Translations under genes and position numbers: made by a program
Notes under the pieces: model-generated
Database searches by the model: none
Seen by the model: only the letters and a program-made list of their open reading frames with translations
Told to the model about the DNA's origin: nothing
Shown here: piece after piece, positions 28,301 through 37,468 of the stretch
Layout of the letters: each line of letters opens with the position of its first letter
Position numbering within the stretch: the stretch's first letter is position 1
From: an uncultured delta proteobacterium
Lineage (GTDB): Bacteria > Myxococcota_A > UBA9160 > SMWR01
NCBI GenBank assembly: GCA_963832165.1
Contig: CAWHTE010000001.1
Span: 288,001 to 352,000 of the forward strand
Direction of reading: 5' to 3'
Length of the DNA stretch: 64,000 nt

Positions 28301-30909
28301 CGGTCGTCGCCGAGATGAATGCCGCCCGCGAGCGCGTGCACGCGCGCGAGGCAGCCCAGCACGAGCCGCCGCCGCAGGTCGGGCGCGGCCTGCGACGCGA
28401 GCAGGCGCAGCAGCGCCCGCTCGAGCGCTTCACTCGCTGCGAGGTCGTCGACGCCGTAGTGCGCGAGCGCGCGCAAGAACGACGCGCGGAACGCCTCGGG
28501 CAGCCACGCGCCGCCCTCGCGATAGCGCCGCACGGCATCGAGCAGGATCGCGCGGCTCGAGGGCCCGGCCTCGCCCGTGGGCCGCGGCAGCGGCGCGCGG
28601 CTGAACAGCTGCTCGATGTCGGCGAACAGCACGAGCTCGTGGCGCACGGCCGCGAGCTCCCAGCGGAAGCTCTCGGGGAGGTCCTCGGGCAGCGGCGCTT
28701 CGAGGAAGGCCGCGAGCTTCTCACCGCGCTCGGTGTCGACGTCGTAGCCCATCAAGACGCGACGGACCTCCTCGCGCGCGGCCTCCATCGCTGCGAGTCG
28801 CTCGGGCTCGGGAGCCGCTTCTGCGCGCAGAAGATCCGGGACATCGCTCGCGAAGAACGTGTCGAGCGGGTCCGCTTCGCGCTGCAGTGCGAGGCGCGGC
28901 GCCGACGCTGCGGCGCTCTCGCCGTCGGACTCGATCGCGAGCAGGAGCTCGCCCGCGGAGACCTGCTGGCCCGCGTGGACGAACACCTCCTTCACCACGC
29001 CCGAGATCGGCGCTTCGAAGCCGATCTCCATCTTCATCGCCTCGAGGCGTCCGAGCGCGTCGCCGGCTTCGACGCGGTCGCCGCTCGCGACGCCGATCGC
29101 CACCACCATCGCGGGTGTACCCGCGCGCACCTGGCCGGCCGCGCCCGTCGAGAAGCGGTAGGGGTGACCGTCGACTTCGACGCGCAGCCCCTGATCGTTG
29201 CCGTCGTGGAGCAGGCGCAAACTCTTCCCGCCCGTGACGAGCGTGCCGCGGTGGGGACCATCACTGCGCAGCTCCATGGACACGGAGAGTCCGTCGAGCT
29301 GAACGCGGTAGCGCCAGGCGCCGATTGCGTACACGTGAAGGCGATAGGACTCGCCGCGATGGGACAGGTCGACGCGCTGGCCCGTCGACGCGGGCACCGA
29401 GGTCGGGCCGAGGTGGCTCGGGTCCTGGAGCAGCTTGCGCCGCGCGCGGTCCCGCGAGCGCTGATAGGCGAGCACCGCGGCCCCGCATAGCGCGGGCACC
29501 GAGTAGGCCGCCGATCCCGAGCGCAGCGCGGGCTCGCGGTCGAGCCACTCGGTGTCGACCTCCGCGCGCCGGAAGCGCTCGTGCTCGATCAGGTTCAGCA
29601 GATAGCCCTTGTTCGAGGCGCCGCCCTCGACCACGAGCTCGAAATCGCCCAGCGCAGCCGCGAGGCGCGCACGCGCGGCCTCGCGCGTATCGCCGATCCC
29701 GATCACCTTCGCGATCAGCGAATCGAAGTCGGGAGGCACGTCGCAGCCGGCCGCCACACCCGTATCGATCCGCACGCCGGGCCCCAGCGCTGGATCGAAG
29801 CGCGCGATCCGGCCCGGAGCGGGCAGGAAGTCGGCCTCGGGATCCTCCGCGCACACGCGCGCCTCGATCGCGCATCCGCGGCTCGGCGGCGGCTCCGCAG
29901 CCAGCGCCTCGCCGCGGCCGATCCGGATCTGCAGCTCGACGAGGTCGGTGCCCGTGAGCTCCTCGGTGAGCCCGTGCTCGACCTGCAGCCGTGGATTCAC
30001 CTCGAGGAACGCAGCCACGCCGTCGCTGACCAGGAACTCGACGGTGCCCACGCCGACGTAGCCGACGCGCTGTACGAGCCGCACCGCCGCGTCCATGAGC
30101 TCGCGCTGGAGGACCGCGTCGAGACCGGGCGGCGGCGCCTCCTCGATGATCTTCTGGTGACGGCGCTGCACCGAGCAGTCGCGGCAGCCGAGCGCCCAGG
30201 CGGTTCCGTGTGAATCCGCCGCGATCTGCACTTCGATGTGTCGCCCGCGCCGAAGCCGCTGCTCCAGGAACAGCCGGTCGTCGCCGAACGCCGAGCGCGC
30301 CTCCGCTCTCGCGCTCTCGAACGCCGCAGCGAGACCCTCCTCGCTGTCGACGACGCGAATCCCCCGGCCGCCGCCGCCGGCGCTGGCCTTCAGCACGATC
30401 GGGTAACCGATGTGCGCCGCGTGCGCGCGCGCCGACTCGACGCTGTCGAGCTCGCGGCCGCTCCACGGCAGCACCGGAACGCCCGCCTGCTCGGCGACGC
30501 GCTTGGCGCCGATCTTGTCGCCGAGCGAGCGCATCACGTCACCCGACGGCCCCAGGAACACCAGACCCGCGCGCGCCACGCGGTCGGCGAACGCGGCGTC
30601 CTCGGCGACGAAGCCCCAGCCCGGCCAGACCGCGTCGGCGCCGCCGCGGCGCAGCGCGTCGAGCAGGCCGTCGGCGTCGAGATACGCGCTCACCGCGGTG
30701 GCTCCGGGCGGAACCAGGCGCAGCGCGGCGTCGGCCTGGCGCACGAACGGCGCGTTGCGATCGACGTCGGTGTACAGCGCGAGGCAGCGCAGGTCGATGC
30801 CATCGCGGGCGCGCATCGACTTCACGGTGCGGATGCAGCGCAGCGCGGCTTCGCCCCGGTTGACGATCCCGATGCAGCGCAGCTCGCGCGTTGCGCTAGG
30901 CGACGGCAT
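25306..30909 (-). CDS. Single-chain multidomain acyl-CoA carboxylase (BC-BCCP-central region-CT), ~1867 aa
   Basis: NRGEAA, WPGWGF, GGGGRG, RDCSVQRRHQK, FLEVNPRLQVEH, biotin motif EAMKM (29029-29043), CT motifs SSGARI, ANLSGFDG and YHGGAYVV. Confidence 0.92.
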   Translation of the reverse strand: MPSPSATRELRCIGIVNRGEAALRCIRTVKSMRARDGIDLRCLALYTDVDRNAPFVRQADAALRLVPPGATAVSAYLDADGLLDALRRGGADAVWPGWGFVAEDAAFADRVARAGLVFLGPSGDVMRSLGDKIGAKRVAEQAGVPVLPWSGRELDSVESARAHAAHIGYPIVLKASAGGGGRGIRVVDSEEGLAAAFESARAEARSAFGDDRLFLEQRLRRGRHIEVQIAADSHGTAWALGCRDCSVQRRHQKIIEEAPPPGLDAVLQRELMDAAVRLVQRVGYVGVGTVEFLVSDGVAAFLEVNPRLQVEHGLTEELTGTDLVELQIRIGRGEALAAEPPPSRGCAIEARVCAEDPEADFLPAPGRIARFDPALGPGVRIDTGVAAGCDVPPDFDSLIAKVIGIGDTREAARARLAAALGDFELVVEGGASNKGYLLNLIEHERFRRAEVDTEWLDREPALRSGSAAYSVPALCGAAVLAYQRSRDRARRKLLQDPSHLGPTSVPASTGQRVDLSHRGESYRLHVYAIGAWRYRVQLDGLSVSMELRSDGPHRGTLVTGGKSLRLLHDGNDQGLRVEVDGHPYRFSTGAAGQVRAGTPAMVVAIGVASGDRVEAGDALGRLEAMKMEIGFEAPISGVVKEVFVHAGQQVSAGELLLAIESDGESAAASAPRLALQREADPLDTFFASDVPDLLRAEAAPEPERLAAMEAAREEVRRVLMGYDVDTERGEKLAAFLEAPLPEDLPESFRWELAAVRHELVLFADIEQLFSRAPLPRPTGEAGPSSRAILLDAVRRYREGGAWLPEAFRASFLRALAHYGVDDLAASEALERALLRLLASQAAPDLRRRLVLGCLARVHALAGGIHLGDDRSLDEVLERIAGMRGHVSDALADLSLEARYAIFESPRLESQAERTTKEVESWLAAAEAAVTHPPESVLAHLAGSPRAVFDRVGRWLSDPDPRRRAIAVAAHVRRLYAHQRPRAHTSGVVGPVHVERLDLVDDRIVLGSVANPAELAPTLERLGRAASAAAVRAPSRRVDAIELLVPIPDEDSVASVAEAITPLLGPSLSTQRLTLTLLPIAGRPAHLTFEHSVGNGSSAMREDRALHGVHPETAVRIDLARLRKFDVERLEAPEDLYCFHARSPEIPGDERLLVFADVRGRSPDESDGREASLHVAAFERDFFEAARCLRNHLQLRDPRRRLQWNRLMLFATPSVYLDRDLVDSLARRLYPATRHLGLEKVVVRLNVLDRARPDAPSQPVEIVFADPTGSRLELSWRTPHHAPLEPAQTYERKVVEARRRRLVYPYEIVRMLTGAPGAVELAGERTLPAGIFEEYDLDTYADPPRAVSVAGRPPAQNTSAIVFGIIDTPTESVPGGMRRVLILSDPTLGMGSLAAPECDRIAAAIDLAEANRLPVEWVPVSSGARIAMDSGTENLDATARVVRRIVTFTQAGGSIHVIVQGVNVGAQSYFDALATMLLHTRGVLIMTPGASMVLTGRAALAASGSVSGEDEVAIGGYERVMGPNGEAQFLARNLAEAYAILYQHYRYSYVVPGETGPRSLATQDPIHRAVTEFTTKRAHGHDFDRIGEIFDAEANAERKRSFAMRALMNSVIDADLGHLERWRSWAGAETAIVWDACLGGHPVTLIGIESRNLDRGGDHPADGPSAWTGGTLFPLSSKKVARALNAASGVRPAVILANLSGFDGSPESMRKLQLEYGAEIARAVVNFTGPLIFLVVSRYHGGAYVVFSRELNPNLRAAAVEGSFASVIGGGPAAAVVFTREAQARALRDPALAALRREAQRRDEPDTRSAYDAAYRQVLLQKQTELGAEFDAIHSVQRALEVGSLESLISAERIRPFLIGLIEGNDRN

Positions 30910-31657
30910 CGAAATGCTCCCGCTCGAGCTCGGCGAGCCGGGTGAGGATCTGACGCGAGATCTCGAGCGAGCCGCGCAGGCCGCGCCGGTCGCTCTTTGG
31001 CTCGAGCCAGGCGACCCGCGCGCGCAACGTGTCGCCGCGCGCGGGCACCCCGCTGTACTCGTGCTGCGCGTCACCGCGCAGGTAGACGCACAGCACGCGG
31101 CAGCCCGGCACGCTCTTCACGATCCGCCCCACGCCATAAGCGGCGTTGTCGACCTCGACGCGGCCGGTACGGCTGCGCCCGCCCTCGGGAAAGATCAGAC
31201 CCACTTCGCCGCGGCGCAGCACGTGGATGAAGCGCGCGAGCGTGTCGGCGACCTTCACGCGCGCGCCGCCCCGCGCGATCGGCAGGCACTTGTAGATGTA
31301 GGTGAGCGCGCGCTGCCAGGGCTTGCCCGCGAACGTGTTCTGGTCCGGAACGTTCCACGGCAGCGACGCAAAGTGCGCCACGTACCAGAGCGGCGAGCCG
31401 AGGGCGTAGGCGATCAGGGCGGAGTCGATCATCGTGAGGTGGTTGCCGCATACGAGCAGCGGGGCGTTGCTCTCGCGCCGGAACCGCCGGTAGCCGCGCC
31501 GCAGCTCGTCGGTTCCCTCGAAGCGCAGGCGGAGCCAGACGCGCAGGATCACGAGCGCCGACAGCGTCGTGAGCGGGGATAGGGCGAGGCACACCCCGCG
31601 CTGCACGATGAGCGCGAGGCGCGCTCGCTGCGGCAGCGCGGTGGGGGCCTCCGTCAC
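30896..31657 (-). CDS. PlsC-family lysophospholipid acyltransferase
   Basis: NHLTMID (HX4D), FPEGGRS. Confidence 0.88.
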   Translation of the reverse strand: MTEAPTALPQRARLALIVQRGVCLALSPLTTLSALVILRVWLRLRFEGTDELRRGYRRFRRESNAPLLVCGNHLTMIDSALIAYALGSPLWYVAHFASLPWNVPDQNTFAGKPWQRALTYIYKCLPIARGGARVKVADTLARFIHVLRRGEVGLIFPEGGRSRTGRVEVDNAAYGVGRIVKSVPGCRVLCVYLRGDAQHEYSGVPARGDTLRARVAWLEPKSDRRGLRGSLEISRQILTRLAELEREHFDAVA

Positions 31658-31905
31658 TAGCCGAGCTTCGACGCGATCAGCTCCACCGCATTGCCGACCG
31701 TCTCGACGGAATCGACGTCTTCGTCGGCGATCTCGATGTCGAAGGCGTCTTCGAATTCGAGCACCACGTCGACCAGCCGCGCCGAGTTCACTTTGAGCTC
31801 GTCGAGGATGTGGGTCGACAGGCCGACCGAATCGAGGGCCTCCTGATTCTTCACGTAGGGGGTCAGGATCTTGACGACCTGCTCGAAAATCTCGTCCTGG
31901 GACAT
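31657..31905 (-). CDS. Acyl carrier protein
   Basis: Acidic 82 aa; LKVNSARLVDVVLEFEDAFDIEI...TVGNA. Confidence 0.88.
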   Translation of the reverse strand: MSQDEIFEQVVKILTPYVKNQEALDSVGLSTHILDELKVNSARLVDVVLEFEDAFDIEIADEDVDSVETVGNAVELIASKLG

Positions 31906-31934
31906 GTCAGCTCCTTGTGTTGAATCCAAAAAAA

Positions 31935-33215
31935 CTAACTTCGTGCGTGCCAGCGCCGGAACACGAGACATGCGTTCACGTCACCGAAGCCGAAGCCGGC
32001 CTTGACGACGACGTCGAGGTCGGGTTTTTCGAGAACCGTGTGCGGGATCGAATCGGCGTGCTCCTCGATCGCGGGATGCACGTCCTCGCAGTTGATCGAG
32101 GGATGGACGAACCCGCCCGCGAGCATGAGCACGCACGCGATCGACTCGATCGCACCCGCGGCGCCGAGGGTGTGGCCGATCATCGACTTGGTGGACGTGA
32201 TGGGCGGAAGCTGTCCCGGCGCGGCGCCGAGCGCGGCGGCCCACGAGGCCACTTCCTTCGGGTCGGCGCCGGTCGCGGTCAGGTGGCCGTTGATCGCACC
32301 CACTTCCGCCGGGCCGATGCCCGCGTCGTCGAGCGCGAGCTGGATGCAGCGCTTCACGGCGTCGGGGTTGGGCGCGGTCATGCTGCCGCCGCCGCGGTGG
32401 CCGCCGCAGTTGATGCCCGCGCCGGCGACCTCGGCGTAGATCCGCGCGCCGCGCTCGAGCGCGCTCTCTTCGCTCTCGATCATCAGGATGCCCGCTCCGG
32501 CCGCGGCCACGAAGCCGGCCGCGGAGGCGCTCATGGGCCGCGAGGCGAGCTCGGGCGCGTCGTTGTGGGTGCGGGCCAGCACGCGCATCGCATCGAAGCC
32601 GGCCCAGATGTACTGGCTGTCGCCCTCCGCTCCGCCGCATAGCATCCGCTTCGCCTGACCGCGGCGGATCCGCTCGAGTCCCATGGCGATCGCCTCGGCG
32701 CCGGTGCTGCACGCGCTCGAGTTGGTCGTCACCTGATTGCCGAGCGCGAGCAGGCCCGAGACGCGCGCGGACACCCCGCTCGCCATCACCTGCTCGACGG
32801 CCGTGCTGCCGAGGCGGCGCACGTTGCCGGCGTCCGTGAGTGGAACCACCTTGGAGCCGATCGTGTCCATGCCGCCGATGCCGGTTCCGATCACGGCTCC
32901 GCTGTCCCAGTCGACGGCGTCGTCGCCGGGATTCGGGCGCGCGAGCCCGGCGTCCCGCCAGGCGTCGATTGCCGCGACGGCCGCATAGCGGTGCGAGGCG
33001 TTCATCGCGCGCTGCAGCTCCTCGTCGAAATTCTTCTCGACGAGCGCGTCCACGCCCTGCGGGATGCCCGCGACACGGCTGCCAAAGCCCAGCTCGGCGA
33101 GCTTCGGCTGCGCGCGGATCCCCGAGGTGCCGCTGCGCAGCGCGGTCTCGAACTCGTGCACTCCGTTGCCGTTCGGCGCCACGACGCCGAGGCCGGTCAC
33201 GACCACGCGCTGCAT
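31935..33215 (-). CDS. Beta-ketoacyl-ACP synthase (FabB/FabF family)
   Basis: RVVVTGLG, SSACSTG, INGHLTAT, KSMIGHTLGAAG, GFGFG. Confidence 0.92.
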   Translation of the reverse strand: MQRVVVTGLGVVAPNGNGVHEFETALRSGTSGIRAQPKLAELGFGSRVAGIPQGVDALVEKNFDEELQRAMNASHRYAAVAAIDAWRDAGLARPNPGDDAVDWDSGAVIGTGIGGMDTIGSKVVPLTDAGNVRRLGSTAVEQVMASGVSARVSGLLALGNQVTTNSSACSTGAEAIAMGLERIRRGQAKRMLCGGAEGDSQYIWAGFDAMRVLARTHNDAPELASRPMSASAAGFVAAAGAGILMIESEESALERGARIYAEVAGAGINCGGHRGGGSMTAPNPDAVKRCIQLALDDAGIGPAEVGAINGHLTATGADPKEVASWAAALGAAPGQLPPITSTKSMIGHTLGAAGAIESIACVLMLAGGFVHPSINCEDVHPAIEEHADSIPHTVLEKPDLDVVVKAGFGFGDVNACLVFRRWHARS

Positions 33216-33661
33216 CACTTCGGTACCCCTATGCCGGAGAGTGTCCCTGAGCACACCAGAGTACCGTCTTCGCGCTTCATCTCGACGGCGCAGCGCAGCT
33301 TGCGTCGGCGGAAGAACATGACGCGGCCGGTCGTAATGACGCGCATGCCGGGCAGCACGATCCCGCTGAACTCGACCTCCGCGTCCGTGAACAAAGTCGT
33401 GTACTTAGCGGCCTCGTCCGACCCGACCTCGCGCTCGAGCAGGTGGATCCCGAGCGCGACCACGCCCGCCTGGGCCATCGCCTCGATCAGGATCACCCCC
33501 GGGGTGATCGGGTTGCCCGGAAAGTGGCCGCGATAGAAGTCGGCGTCGGCGCGAAACGTCGTGCTCGCGACGATGTGGTCGTCGCCGAGCTCGAGGATCT
33601 CGTCGATGAAGCGAAATGGCTCCTGCTGCGGGATCGCCGCGAGCACCGCCTCCGGGGTCAT
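33215..33661 (-). CDS. 3-hydroxyacyl-ACP dehydratase, FabZ-like
   Basis: PFRFID, FYRGHFPGNPITPGVILIEAMAQ. Confidence 0.88.
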   Translation of the reverse strand: MTPEAVLAAIPQQEPFRFIDEILELGDDHIVASTTFRADADFYRGHFPGNPITPGVILIEAMAQAGVVALGIHLLEREVGSDEAAKYTTLFTDAEVEFSGIVLPGMRVITTGRVMFFRRRKLRCAVEMKREDGTLVCSGTLSGIGVPK

Positions 33662-33663
33662 GA

Positions 33664-34254
33664 CTACCGCTCCATCCGTCCGCCGCGGGAGTTGGCCGAG
33701 GGGAAGGGATAGTCGGGATAGGCGATGCCCTGGAACGTGCCCACGCGCGCGCGCTTGACCGTGTAGATCGGGGATCCGTCGACGAGCAGCGTCGCGTCGC
33801 CGATCACCATCGAGGCGCCGGCCTTCTCGAGCTCCGTGTAGCGCCGCACTTCGATCTCGGTGCGCACGCATCCGTCGTGCGGCCGGATCTGTCCCGCGAA
33901 CTCGACTTCGCCGCAGCCGAGCGCGCGGCCCGAGCCGAGCCCGCCCGCCCACGCACAGAAGAAGCCGAGCAGCTGCCAGACTCCGTCGACGCCGAGGCAG
34001 CCCGGCTGCACCGGGTCGCTCAGGAAGTGGCACTGGAAGAACCAGTCGTCGATCCGCACGTCGCGCTCGCCGACGATCCGCCCGCGCGCGCCGTTGCGCT
34101 CGATCGACACGACCCGGTCGAGCATCAGCATCGGCGGCAGCGGCAGGCGGGCGTCGAAACCGAGCGGCGCGTCGGTGAACAACCGGCCGTGCGCGAAAGC
34201 GAGCAGCTCGTCGCGCGAGAAGGCGTTGCGTTCGCGGAACTCGGCGTACTTCAC
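33664..34254 (-). CDS. fabA: 3-hydroxydecanoyl-ACP dehydratase/isomerase
   Basis: LPLPPMLMLDRV, WFFQCHFLSDPVQPGCLGVDGVWQLLGFF, GRALGCGEVEFAGQI. Confidence 0.88.
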   Translation of the reverse strand: MKYAEFRERNAFSRDELLAFAHGRLFTDAPLGFDARLPLPPMLMLDRVVSIERNGARGRIVGERDVRIDDWFFQCHFLSDPVQPGCLGVDGVWQLLGFFCAWAGGLGSGRALGCGEVEFAGQIRPHDGCVRTEIEVRRYTELEKAGASMVIGDATLLVDGSPIYTVKRARVGTFQGIAYPDYPFPSANSRGGRMER

Positions 34255-35264
34255 GCGCTGCGCTCCGCAGCGTCCGCACCGGCAAAGCGCACGAGATAGC
34301 TCGACCAGGTGAGTCCGGCGCCGACACCGACGATGGCGACGTCGTCGCCGTCGCGCCACTTCTCCCAGTTCATCGACAACACGGAGGCCGAGCTCGCCGC
34401 GCCCGTGTTTCCGTACCACTCGCAGTTGGTGTGGTGCCGCTCGGGCGCAATCCCCACCGTGCTGCGCACGTTCTCGAGCATGCGGAGGTTGGCCTGATGG
34501 CCGATGAAATGGAAGCGGCGGTCGTCGCGCTCGAAGAGCTCGCGCAGCCGGGTCAGGCCCTGGACCATGCGCTTGATCCCGAACATCTGTACGGCGCGAC
34601 CCTCCTGGCGGAAGTGTCCGCCGCGCGGGATCAGCACCTTCTCGCGCGCCGCGGGGCTGCTCGCGAGCTCGTTCGCGAGGATCTGCGCGCGGCCGACGTG
34701 CCGCGTCGAAACCACTGCCGCTGCCGCCGCGTCGCCCCATAGCACCGCGGAAGCGCGATCGTTGTAGTCGACCGTGGTGGTGAGCGTCTCGGGCGCCACG
34801 AGCAGCACCCAGTCGGGGACGCGCGCCGGGTCCATCAGCGACATCATGTAGAGCTGGACGTAGAAGCTCGTGCACGCCGAGCTCACGTCGAACGCGGGCA
34901 CCTCCATGCCGAGCTCGCCCGCGATGTTGCAGGCCTCGGCCGGCGCGCTCGTGTCGTGGGCGGAGCTGCCCGCGATCACGAGGCCGATGTCGGAGGCGGC
35001 GACTCCGGCCCGCTCGAGCGCGAGGCGCGCCGCGCGCGAGCCGAGCGTCGCGTTGTTCTCGGTGGCGGCTTCGAGCGCCGCGACCGGATCGCGGTTGCGC
35101 GTCTCACGGATGTAGTCGAGCGGCAGCACGGTGCGGCGGCTGCGGATGCCCACGCGCTCGAGGATCCAGGCGTCGTCGGTCCCGATCTCGAGTTCCTCGA
35201 GGAAGCGATTCGTGATCTCGGGCTCGGGATGGGCGTGCCCCAGTCCGTGCAGATGTACAGCCAA
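34251..35264 (-). CDS. 3-oxoacyl-ACP synthase III (FabH-like)
   Basis: WILERVGIRSRR, SSACTS (Cys), GHQANLR (His), YGNTGAAS (Asn), GAGLTW; TTG start inferred. Confidence 0.9.
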   Translation of the reverse strand: MAVHLHGLGHAHPEPEITNRFLEELEIGTDDAWILERVGIRSRRTVLPLDYIRETRNRDPVAALEAATENNATLGSRAARLALERAGVAASDIGLVIAGSSAHDTSAPAEACNIAGELGMEVPAFDVSSACTSFYVQLYMMSLMDPARVPDWVLLVAPETLTTTVDYNDRASAVLWGDAAAAAVVSTRHVGRAQILANELASSPAAREKVLIPRGGHFRQEGRAVQMFGIKRMVQGLTRLRELFERDDRRFHFIGHQANLRMLENVRSTVGIAPERHHTNCEWYGNTGAASSASVLSMNWEKWRDGDDVAIVGVGAGLTWSSYLVRFAGADAAERSA

Positions 35265-35409
35265 GCTCGGGCTCCAGACCCTTGCGGGGAACGACGGCTC
35301 GAACCCCGCGGCGCGCCAAGGTCCTGATCCGATTTGGTTTTTAGGGTAGACCCAACCGAGCGCTGCCCGCGTGGGATCCCGCGGGGCGCTGGTCGGTCGG
35401 GCGGTCACG

Positions 35410-35437
35410 ATTATGACCGCGAGTCATATTCTGTCAA
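35410..35437 (-). promoter_or_regulatory. Sigma-70 promoter of the fab/ACC cluster with overlapping palindromic operator
   Basis: Minus strand TTGACA-N16-CATAAT; palindrome TATGAC-CGCGA-GTCATA at 35412-35428. Confidence 0.7.
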
Positions 35438-35478
35438 TGTCTCGGGGACGACTCCGCGACCCACTAGACTGCCCCCGC

Positions 35479-36270
35479 ATGGGCGGACGCGTTCGCACCG
35501 AACGAGACGACCGGGACCCGCGGCTCGGCTGGATCGTGTTCGATCATCCGGAGCGGCGCAATGCGATCAGCGTGGAGATGTGGCGACAGATCCCGCTCGC
35601 CGTGCAGGAGTTCGCCGAGGACGCGAGCGTGCGCGTCGTGCTGCTGCGCGGGGCGGGCGAGGACGCGTTCGTGGCCGGGGCCGACATTTCGGAGTTCGGC
35701 GAGAAGCGCAGCGGGTCGTCTGCGACCGACTACGACGTCGATGGCGCGCGCGCGTTCGCCGCGCTCGCGGGCCTCGCCAAGCCCGTGATCGCGATGGTGC
35801 GCGGCTACTGCGTCGGGGGCGGCGTCGCGATCGCTCTGTGCGCCGACCTGCGTTACGCGGCCCAGGACGCCGTGTTCGCGATTCCGGCCGCACAGCTCGG
35901 CGTGGGTTACCACATGGCCGGCATCGAGATGCTCCAGAGCGTGGTCGGCCCTTCGCGCGCGAAGGAGATCTTCTTCACCGCGCGCCGCTACTCGGCGACC
36001 GACGCGTTCGCGATGGGGCTCGTCAACGAGGTGATTCCCGGGGCAGAGCTCCTGGGACGCGTGCGCGACACCGCGCGGCGCATCGCCGACAACGCGCCAC
36101 TCACGATCGGCAGCGTGAAGCGGATCGTGAGCGAGCTCGCAAAGCCGCCGCAGCAGCGCGATCGCGCCGGGATCGACGCCTCGATCGCGGCCTGCTTCGA
36201 GAGCGAGGACTACCGCGAAGGCGTCCAGGCCTTCCTGTCCAAGCGCAAGCCCAGGTTCGAAGGGCGTTAG
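35479..36270 (+). CDS. Enoyl-CoA hydratase/isomerase family
   Basis: AFVAGADISEF, GYCVGGG, DYREGVQAF. Confidence 0.9.
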   Translation: MGGRVRTERDDRDPRLGWIVFDHPERRNAISVEMWRQIPLAVQEFAEDASVRVVLLRGAGEDAFVAGADISEFGEKRSGSSATDYDVDGARAFAALAGLAKPVIAMVRGYCVGGGVAIALCADLRYAAQDAVFAIPAAQLGVGYHMAGIEMLQSVVGPSRAKEIFFTARRYSATDAFAMGLVNEVIPGAELLGRVRDTARRIADNAPLTIGSVKRIVSELAKPPQQRDRAGIDASIAACFESEDYREGVQAFLSKRKPRFEGR

Positions 36271-36273
36271 GCA

Positions 36274-37449
36274 GTGGCCGCACCCCTCGCGGGCGTGCGC
36301 GTGATCGACCTCACGCGCTTCCTCGCGGGTCCGTACTGCACGATGCTGCTCGGCGACTACGGCGCCGACGTCGTGAAGTTCGAGTCGCCCGAAGGGCGAG
36401 AGTTCCGTGCGCCCGGCGCGTCGCGCGACTCATACTTCTTCTTGTCCGTGAACCGCGGCAAGCGCTCCGCGACGCTCGACCTGCGGCGCCCCGAGGCGCG
36501 CGCGCTGCTCTTGCGCATCCTGCCCCAGTTCGACGTTCTCGTGGAGAACTACCGGCCGGACGTGATGGAGCGCTTCGGGCTCTCGGCCGAGAAGCTCACG
36601 AATCAGTTCCCGCGCCTCGTCTACTGCGGAATCTCCGGCTTCGGCCCCGACGGTCCCTATCGCGACCGCCCCGGATTCGATCAGATCGCGCAGGGGATGA
36701 GCGGGTTCATGAGCCTCACCGGCACCGAGCAGACGGGCCCGACGCGCGCCGGCATCGCGATCGGCGACGTGCTCGCGGGGATGTTCGCGGCGCACGGCAT
36801 CCAGCTCGCGCTGCTCGAACGCGCGCGAACGGGCCGCGGGCAGATCGTGCACACGTCGCTGCTCGAGTCGATGATCGCGGTGCTGACGTGGAGCGCGGGC
36901 ATGTACTTCGAGTCGGGCCAGGCGCCCGGACCCGCGGGCCAGCACCATCCGCTCACGGCTCCCTATGGGCGGTTCGCCGCGCGCGACGGATTCCTGAACA
37001 TCGCCGCGGCGGGCGACGCCCAGTGGAAGCGGCTCGCCGAAGTGCTCGAGCGGCCCGAGTGGCTGAGCGACCCGCGCTTCGCGGGACTGCTCGAGCGCCG
37101 TGCGCACCGCAGCGAGCTCACCGACGCGATCGAGGTGGTGCTGCGCGAGCGCGACGTGGCGGACTGGGTGGAGCGCATCAACGCCGCGGGGGTGCCGTGC
37201 GGCCCCGTGCTCGACGTCGCGCAGGTGTTCGCCGATCCCCAGGTGCGCGCGCGAGAGATGCTCGTCGAGATGGCGCACCCCGAGTTCGGCACGTTCCGGA
37301 GCACGGGTTTGCCCGTGAAGCTCTCGCGCACGCCCGGCGCGATCGAGCGGCGTCCCCCCCTGCATGGCGAGCACACCGACGAGGTGCTGCGCGAATGCGG
37401 GATCGATACCGCGGAGATCGCCGAGCTGCGCGCGTGCGGTGCGCTTTGA
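36274..37449 (+). CDS. Family III CoA transferase (CaiB/BaiF)
   Basis: LAGPYCT, NRGKRS, ENYRP, GFDQIAQ, PLHGEHT. Confidence 0.93.
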   Translation: MAAPLAGVRVIDLTRFLAGPYCTMLLGDYGADVVKFESPEGREFRAPGASRDSYFFLSVNRGKRSATLDLRRPEARALLLRILPQFDVLVENYRPDVMERFGLSAEKLTNQFPRLVYCGISGFGPDGPYRDRPGFDQIAQGMSGFMSLTGTEQTGPTRAGIAIGDVLAGMFAAHGIQLALLERARTGRGQIVHTSLLESMIAVLTWSAGMYFESGQAPGPAGQHHPLTAPYGRFAARDGFLNIAAAGDAQWKRLAEVLERPEWLSDPRFAGLLERRAHRSELTDAIEVVLRERDVADWVERINAAGVPCGPVLDVAQVFADPQVRAREMLVEMAHPEFGTFRSTGLPVKLSRTPGAIERRPPLHGEHTDEVLRECGIDTAEIAELRACGAL

Positions 37450-37468
37450 GCGGGGATCGGAGCGCGCG

